Assembly: GCF_000148385.1 (NCBI RefSeq)
Contig: NC_014537.1
Coordinates: forward strand, 1,560,001 to 1,592,000
Direction of reading: 5' to 3'
Origin: Vulcanisaeta distributa DSM 14429
GTDB taxonomy: Archaea; Thermoproteota; Thermoprotei; Thermoproteales; Thermocladiaceae
DNA length: 32,000 bases
Part shown: piece by piece, positions 27,246-32,000 of the stretch
Numbering within the stretch: the stretch's first letter is position 1
How the letters are laid out: each line of letters opens with the position of its first letter
The notes under the pieces: model-generated
Database searches by the model: none
What the model was told of the DNA's origin: nothing
The model's input: the letters and a program-made list of their open reading frames with translations, nothing else
Program-made: the position numbers and the translations under genes

Positions 27246-29159
27246 ATGAATTGGAGAATAGTCTTCCTAATCCTTGGAATCGCATTATTAATTATTGGCG
27301 CACTGGTAATCGTGCTGTCAATAACTCAACGGCAGGTCGTAATTCAGATACCGGCGAATTCATCATCACCCGCCTACCTATTGCTGAGTAATTGGAGGAA
27401 TCTGAGCATATACGTATCCACTGGCTACCCAATACCAAAACCAGTATTAAATGGCGAATCCTCTAAGCCACCGTCAATCCTCCAGGTATTTTACGGGCAA
27501 TATGGACTACTTAGTATTAATGTGACCATCACGAACTTAGGAAACACCAGTGAAGCCTACCTAGCGCTCAACAATACGGTCATTATCAGGGGCAGTAATG
27601 GCGAGGTGTCGGTATTCATACCACCAAACTACACAACCATAGCCATTATTACCAGGTCGAGAAACCCACTGGCCATTGAGGTATTTATACCGGCTTCTTA
27701 CATGTACCAGGTAATTAATGCTACATTCGTGATCATAAAATCACCGCTTACAATCAGTATATACTCAGGTAGTGGGATTACGGTAAGCAATGTGGATGGG
27801 TGGACCGTGCTCAGTATTAGTGGTAACTACACATACGTGGTTCTAAACCTCGGTGGTACATCGATAATTCCAATTAATGAATTAATGAATATCAACAATA
27901 ACGAGGTCAGTAATTGGCTGGGGTTGGCGAGGAAGCCCAGGTTAAGTGGTGCACTGCTCACTGAGTACTACCTGAGCCTCCTACTGCTTATGGACGACCA
28001 AAACCCAGTCACTGGGGAATTCGCCGCATCACCGGAGCCCGTGTACTTTTATACCTGGGTTAGGGATTCATCATTCGCAGCCATGGCACTGCAGGCAGCC
28101 GGTTATTACGGACCAGCAATGAAGTACTGGTTATGGATGTGCAACGCCCAAAACTCAAGCGGCACTTGGTACACGCGTTACAACTTCTGGTACGGAACAC
28201 TGGACAAGACCTTCGGCATTCCTGAGTATGACGGTATTGGGCTGTTCCAAATCGGTGTTTGGCAGTTTTATGAGTATACGCACAATAAGTCATTCCTACT
28301 GGCGGTGCTACCCTGCATCAATAAGTCCCTAGGTTGGGAGTTAGAGAGCATTGAGGAGAATGATGGTTTAATACCTAAGGACCTAAGCATTTGGGAGGGC
28401 AATTACGCCTATAACTTCTGGACGCAGGCAATTGATGACCTAGGCCTATACGCCTCAGCACAGATATATAGGGTATTGGGTCTTAACAACACGGAGATAC
28501 TTAGGGCCGCCAATGAATTAAACGCCACAATACAGAGGTACTTCTACACTGGCAAGTTCTATTCACAGGCAATCACGAGCACCGTGGTATACACAAGCGG
28601 CGGTTCGCAGGTGACCTACGTACCTAATGGAATACCCGACTCATCAGTAATCCTACCCATAGCCATGGGACTGGTAAACCCACGTGGTGTTAGGGCTGTA
28701 AGCACGGTCGAAACCATAACACGTGTATTGACGGTTAATGGAGGGTTAGCGAGGTTCCCAGGCGATGATTATCACTACGATTCAAGCCTTTATGACAGTA
28801 CGGCGCCAGACCCACCATGGTTGATAACCACGTTATTCCTGGCCATGTACTATGATGATGTTGGAAACTACACGGGTGTGTACAATATATTGGCATGGTG
28901 TATTGAACATTCGCAACATGGCCTATTGCCTGAGGCAATTGACCCAAGACTTGGCTATCCACTACCTACGACATCCCCATTAACTTGGTCGGCCGCGATG
29001 TACGTGCTCACGGCCCTCAATTATAGGCCACAGCATAAGCCCGTGATCACGACTATGGTCTTGGTGGCCGTGGTAATAATTTTACTCGCCATAGTGATGT
29101 TCGCGGTCTATGGCAGGGCCGGCCCTAGACAAGCCTTATGGTCTCGCCATTATTCATGA
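27246..29159 (+). CDS. glycoside hydrolase family 15 (glucoamylase/trehalase-like) with N- and C-terminal membrane anchors
   Basis: The catalytic (alpha/alpha)6 region has the motifs YTWVRDSSFAAMAL, GLFQ, DLSIWEGNYAYNFWTQA, ARFPGDDY and PLTWSAAMYV. There is an N-terminal TM (IVFLILGIALLIIGALVIVL) and a C-terminal TM (MVLVAVVIILLAIVMFAV). Confidence 0.85.
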   Translation: MNWRIVFLILGIALLIIGALVIVLSITQRQVVIQIPANSSSPAYLLLSNWRNLSIYVSTGYPIPKPVLNGESSKPPSILQVFYGQYGLLSINVTITNLGNTSEAYLALNNTVIIRGSNGEVSVFIPPNYTTIAIITRSRNPLAIEVFIPASYMYQVINATFVIIKSPLTISIYSGSGITVSNVDGWTVLSISGNYTYVVLNLGGTSIIPINELMNINNNEVSNWLGLARKPRLSGALLTEYYLSLLLLMDDQNPVTGEFAASPEPVYFYTWVRDSSFAAMALQAAGYYGPAMKYWLWMCNAQNSSGTWYTRYNFWYGTLDKTFGIPEYDGIGLFQIGVWQFYEYTHNKSFLLAVLPCINKSLGWELESIEENDGLIPKDLSIWEGNYAYNFWTQAIDDLGLYASAQIYRVLGLNNTEILRAANELNATIQRYFYTGKFYSQAITSTVVYTSGGSQVTYVPNGIPDSSVILPIAMGLVNPRGVRAVSTVETITRVLTVNGGLARFPGDDYHYDSSLYDSTAPDPPWLITTLFLAMYYDDVGNYTGVYNILAWCIEHSQHGLLPEAIDPRLGYPLPTTSPLTWSAAMYVLTALNYRPQHKPVITTMVLVAVVIILLAIVMFAVYGRAGPRQALWSRHYS

Positions 29160-31056
29160 ACACGGTCGGTATCTTAAGCTGGAGCTCCAGGGTTAGGGCT
29201 AGGTTCATTATCTTACTTGGCTCTCCGTGAACTAGCATTATCTTATGGGGCTTGGGCTCCATATTCCTCACATAATTAATCAATTGCCTCCTATCACTAT
29301 GCCCCGAGAACCCAGGTATTGACTCGACCTTCATCTTAATATCAAGCGTGACCCTATCCGAGTAGTACCTAACCGTTAACTTCCTCTCTCCCTGCTGAAT
29401 CCTCCTACCAATCGTGTTTTCCGCCTGATAAGACACGAAGATCAGCATGTTCCTCTCATCCTCGGCAGCATGCACGAAGTAGTCCATTATTGGGCCTCCA
29501 TTAAGCATGCCGTGCGGAGCCAATATGACGGCTGGCGGCCCCTGGAGTATCTCCATGACTTGCTCCTTACGCTTCTCAGGGTCTCTGGCCCTCTCGATTG
29601 GCTTAACGTACTCGCTCAGGAATGGGTTTACTCCATCATAAATCATCTCCCTAAGCGCTCTGTTTAGGTAGTCCGGGAACATTAGGTGAACGTTCAGCGT
29701 CTCTAGGACCATCCCATCGACGTAAATCGGGATTTTGGGCAATTGCTTATTATTAATGGCTTCATTAAGCACCAGGAGTATTTCCTGGGCCCTACCCGTG
29801 CTAAACACGGGGATTAACACCTTACCCTCATGCTCAACAGTGTGCTTGACTAAGTCAATGAGTTTCTGCTCACTTTCCTGCCTTGGTGGCTGAACATCCT
29901 CCTTACCACCGTAGGTGCTCTCCATAATTAATAGCTCGGCTCTCTTGAACTTGTTATGTGCTGGGTTCAAAAGCCTGGTCGGTCCATACTTCATGTCGCC
30001 AGTGTAAATAATGTTGTAAAGACCATTACCAATGTGTAGGTGTACCACGGCTGAGCCAACCTCATGCCCGCCATCAAATAGCATGAGCTTTGTGTCCGGG
30101 GATATGTCCGTTGGGTGGTCGGCGTAGTTTAGGGTTATCGTGTGGTAGAGGGCCTGGGCAAGGTCCTGCCTGCTGTAGGGTGGTACCCTACCCTCGGACT
30201 CCGCCTGCTCAATATAGTCAGTGAGTAGTACCTCCATTAAGTACTTAGTGGGCTCCGTCATGTAGACCGGGCCCTTATAACCATACTTGAATAGGTACGG
30301 TACATAGCCAATGTGATCCATGTGCGCGTGGGTTATCACCACGGCATCCAGGGTATCTAGGTCCACCTCATCAAGCAGTGGCGCCTCATCGCCTGAGCTC
30401 GAAGGCTTAACACCGCAGTCAAGTAGTATTGAGCTCTCCTTCGTCCTAACGAGTATGGCGCTCCTACCAACCTCCATCTGAGCGCCCAGCCCTGTAACGG
30501 TTATCCTAGCGTCCTTATACACGGGCTCCCTATGAATCCTCATTCCAAGCCTCCTAAGGAACTCAAGCCTATCCTTGGCTGTGGCTATTTGTATCTGCTT
30601 AACGGCATCTATGTCCGACCTGGGCAATCCAGCGCCCATCTCCAGCGCCGTGGGTATTATCCAGGGCTTCCAACCAGTCTCAGCCAATATCTCCTTCTCC
30701 AACTTACTCCTCTCCCTAACGGGCCTCTTCAAATAAACATACACCTCACCAGTTGGTTCATCAACCACTATGTCATCGATTATATTCGAGCCAACACTCT
30801 TCGTAACCATGTCTGTAATGACCCTCTTCAACTTATCAACCTCCTTAATCCTAACCTTCGGATCACCCCTAATGATTATGTACTTCTTCAACTCCTTAGC
30901 GAGGGTCTTTATATACTCGCTATGCTCCATCACGTACCTTGGGTTCATCACGTAAATGATTACGTTGGGGCCCTCAAAGTCCACCCTAGAAAACTTGGCT
31001 TCGGGCGGTAGGATCTCCATAATCTTCTTCTCCATCTCCTCCTTCAAGGATGCCAT
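29125..31056 (-). CDS. aCPSF1-type KH-domain / metallo-beta-lactamase / beta-CASP ribonuclease
   Basis: N-terminal KH-like repeats are followed by the HxHxDH motif (ITHAHMDHIG) and the beta-CASP region through to LVHGEP. I chose ATG 31056 (MASLKEEMEKK...). The TTG extension to 31149 looks spurious. The 3' end overlaps the convergent GH15 gene by 35 nt. Confidence 0.92.
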   Translation of the reverse strand: MASLKEEMEKKIMEILPPEAKFSRVDFEGPNVIIYVMNPRYVMEHSEYIKTLAKELKKYIIIRGDPKVRIKEVDKLKRVITDMVTKSVGSNIIDDIVVDEPTGEVYVYLKRPVRERSKLEKEILAETGWKPWIIPTALEMGAGLPRSDIDAVKQIQIATAKDRLEFLRRLGMRIHREPVYKDARITVTGLGAQMEVGRSAILVRTKESSILLDCGVKPSSSGDEAPLLDEVDLDTLDAVVITHAHMDHIGYVPYLFKYGYKGPVYMTEPTKYLMEVLLTDYIEQAESEGRVPPYSRQDLAQALYHTITLNYADHPTDISPDTKLMLFDGGHEVGSAVVHLHIGNGLYNIIYTGDMKYGPTRLLNPAHNKFKRAELLIMESTYGGKEDVQPPRQESEQKLIDLVKHTVEHEGKVLIPVFSTGRAQEILLVLNEAINNKQLPKIPIYVDGMVLETLNVHLMFPDYLNRALREMIYDGVNPFLSEYVKPIERARDPEKRKEQVMEILQGPPAVILAPHGMLNGGPIMDYFVHAAEDERNMLIFVSYQAENTIGRRIQQGERKLTVRYYSDRVTLDIKMKVESIPGFSGHSDRRQLINYVRNMEPKPHKIMLVHGEPSKIMNLALTLELQLKIPTVFMNNGETIRLV

Positions 31057-31404
31057 ACTCAAAACCTCAAGAACTGAGGAACGAATACCGCAGGCACTTA
31101 AAAAATTATCTCTAAAGGAGCATGGGAAATAACAAGTAGCGCGTTTCAAAAATCCGATAACGAAAACCTAATAAGACAGCAGGCAACGTAAAGAGTACAT
31201 ACAAGACGGGTAGATGCTAGGGCTGATGGTGAGACTGTCTCAACATATTTGCTGAGGTTATGATATTCATTAGGGGTGCGAGCGATAAACTAATGTGTGA
31301 AATTATCCGTTGGACCTATTGTTGATATATTTTTATTCTTTTCATGATATATCGCATATTATTTTGTTTTCCTGGGTTTGTGTTTTGTTCTTTGTTTTAT
31401 TGTT

Positions 31405-31487
31405 TTTCAATTATATACTTAATTAAATTTAGCACTAGATCGATAGTGATTTATTAGTCTTACTGGGGATTAGCTTATGGATGTTTC
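31405..31487 (+). repeat. 83-nt conserved leader upstream of the second LAGLIDADG-family ORF (copy 2)
   Basis: Hand alignment to the reverse complement of 25066..25148. Confidence 0.7.
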
Positions 31488-32000
31488 ATGGCTCTTGAGA
31501 TTGCTAAGCCATTGAGGGTTTGTTGGGGCGTTAAGGTTAAGGGCTCAAAGAGAATTGTGTGCGGTGAGACTGTCAATGATCCAAGGATAATTGAGGAGAC
31601 CATGAAATTGATAGGCGAGTTCTTAACCCGAGTCGAGAAGCACAAAAGTGTACTATTAAGTGGTTTAGCGACGCCGTTTGACGACGTAATCAATGACTTA
31701 AGTAATTGGTTATGGTCGATTAGGGAGAAAATCAAGGGAGGCAATGATGAAAATATCGCAAAGCTAAGGATGGCAATGCTCAAGGTAAGCGAGAAAATGT
31801 TAATGCTCGTGAGGCAAGCTAAGGAAAATTGGCTAAGCATATTCAAACCAGAGCTCGAGGAACTAATCGAGGAGCTAAGGAAGGGAAAAGTTGAGGTAAT
31901 AATAACGGGAGAGCCGTTTAATGAGGATAAGAGCTTCATGGTGCATCTATACACAGGACACCTGGCGATTGGGGTGAGTAGGGTTAGGCGAAGTGTGACT
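31488..32000 (+). CDS. paralogue of the 488-aa LAGLIDADG-type protein; N-terminal 171 codons only, truncated by the window edge
   Basis: My own translation from ATG 31488 is open to nt 32000: MALEIAKPLRVCWGVKVKGSKRIVCGETVNDPRIIEETMKLIGEFLTRVEKHKSVLL...ITGEPFNEDKSFMVHLYTGHL. It is collinear with the N-terminus of the 23599..25065 product and roughly half the residues are identical. It is absent from the ORF track because it has no stop codon in the window. Confidence 0.82.
   Translation, partial: MALEIAKPLRVCWGVKVKGSKRIVCGETVNDPRIIEETMKLIGEFLTRVEKHKSVLLSGLATPFDDVINDLSNWLWSIREKIKGGNDENIAKLRMAMLKVSEKMLMLVRQAKENWLSIFKPELEELIEELRKGKVEVIITGEPFNEDKSFMVHLYTGHLAIGVSRVRRSVT

Noticed and set aside
31057-31149. 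TTG-initiated N-terminal extension of aCPSF1
   Set aside because: The extension is Cys/Phe-rich and looks unlike a protein. ATG 31056 (MASLKEEMEKK) gives the usual KH-domain N-terminus.
31475-31954. 159-aa minus-strand ORF from the ORF track
   Set aside because: It is Ser/Leu/Ile-rich and low in complexity. It is the antisense shadow of the plus-strand ORF starting at 31488, which is clearly homologous to the 488-aa protein at 23599..25065.

Overview
The window looks like archaeal, probably crenarchaeal (Thermoproteales/Sulfolobales-like), chromosomal DNA. This rests on gene content and on A/T-rich TATA-like boxes about 25-30 nt upstream of many start codons, which suggests leaderless transcripts. 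Most of it is dense housekeeping or metabolic coding sequence: gluconate dehydratase (5'-truncated by the window edge), aldehyde dehydrogenase, a DUF779 protein, protein-isoaspartate methyltransferase, two MFS transporters, uridine phosphorylase, a DUF1998-type DExH helicase, an isochorismatase-family hydrolase, class-I HMG-CoA reductase divergent from a thiolase-like/DUF35 pair, a KaiC-like ATPase, an EamA transporter, a membrane-anchored GH15 glycosidase and aCPSF1. I found no rRNA, tRNA or CRISPR array by eye. The main result is an AMP-forming acyl-CoA synthetase gene (22602..26099, minus strand) split at a conserved motif by a ~1.73-kb, low-GC insertion. The insertion encodes a 488-aa protein with a double LAGLIDADG-like core and is bounded by a 9-bp direct repeat. 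It is neither an intein nor a classical IS, and I could not find a bulge-helix-bulge intron. A second, diverged copy of the same ORF with a conserved 83-nt upstream leader starts at 31488 on the plus strand and runs off the window; the ORF track shows only its antisense shadow. Other points worth a second look are a thiolase-fold protein whose canonical catalytic Cys and His positions appear substituted, a helicase with DDFH in place of DExH that is paired with a zinc-ribbon protein, an ALDH/DUF779 pair separated by a membrane-anchored orphan gene, and a low-GC orphan gene pair. All homology statements come from motif recognition and alignment by eye from memory, not from database searches.
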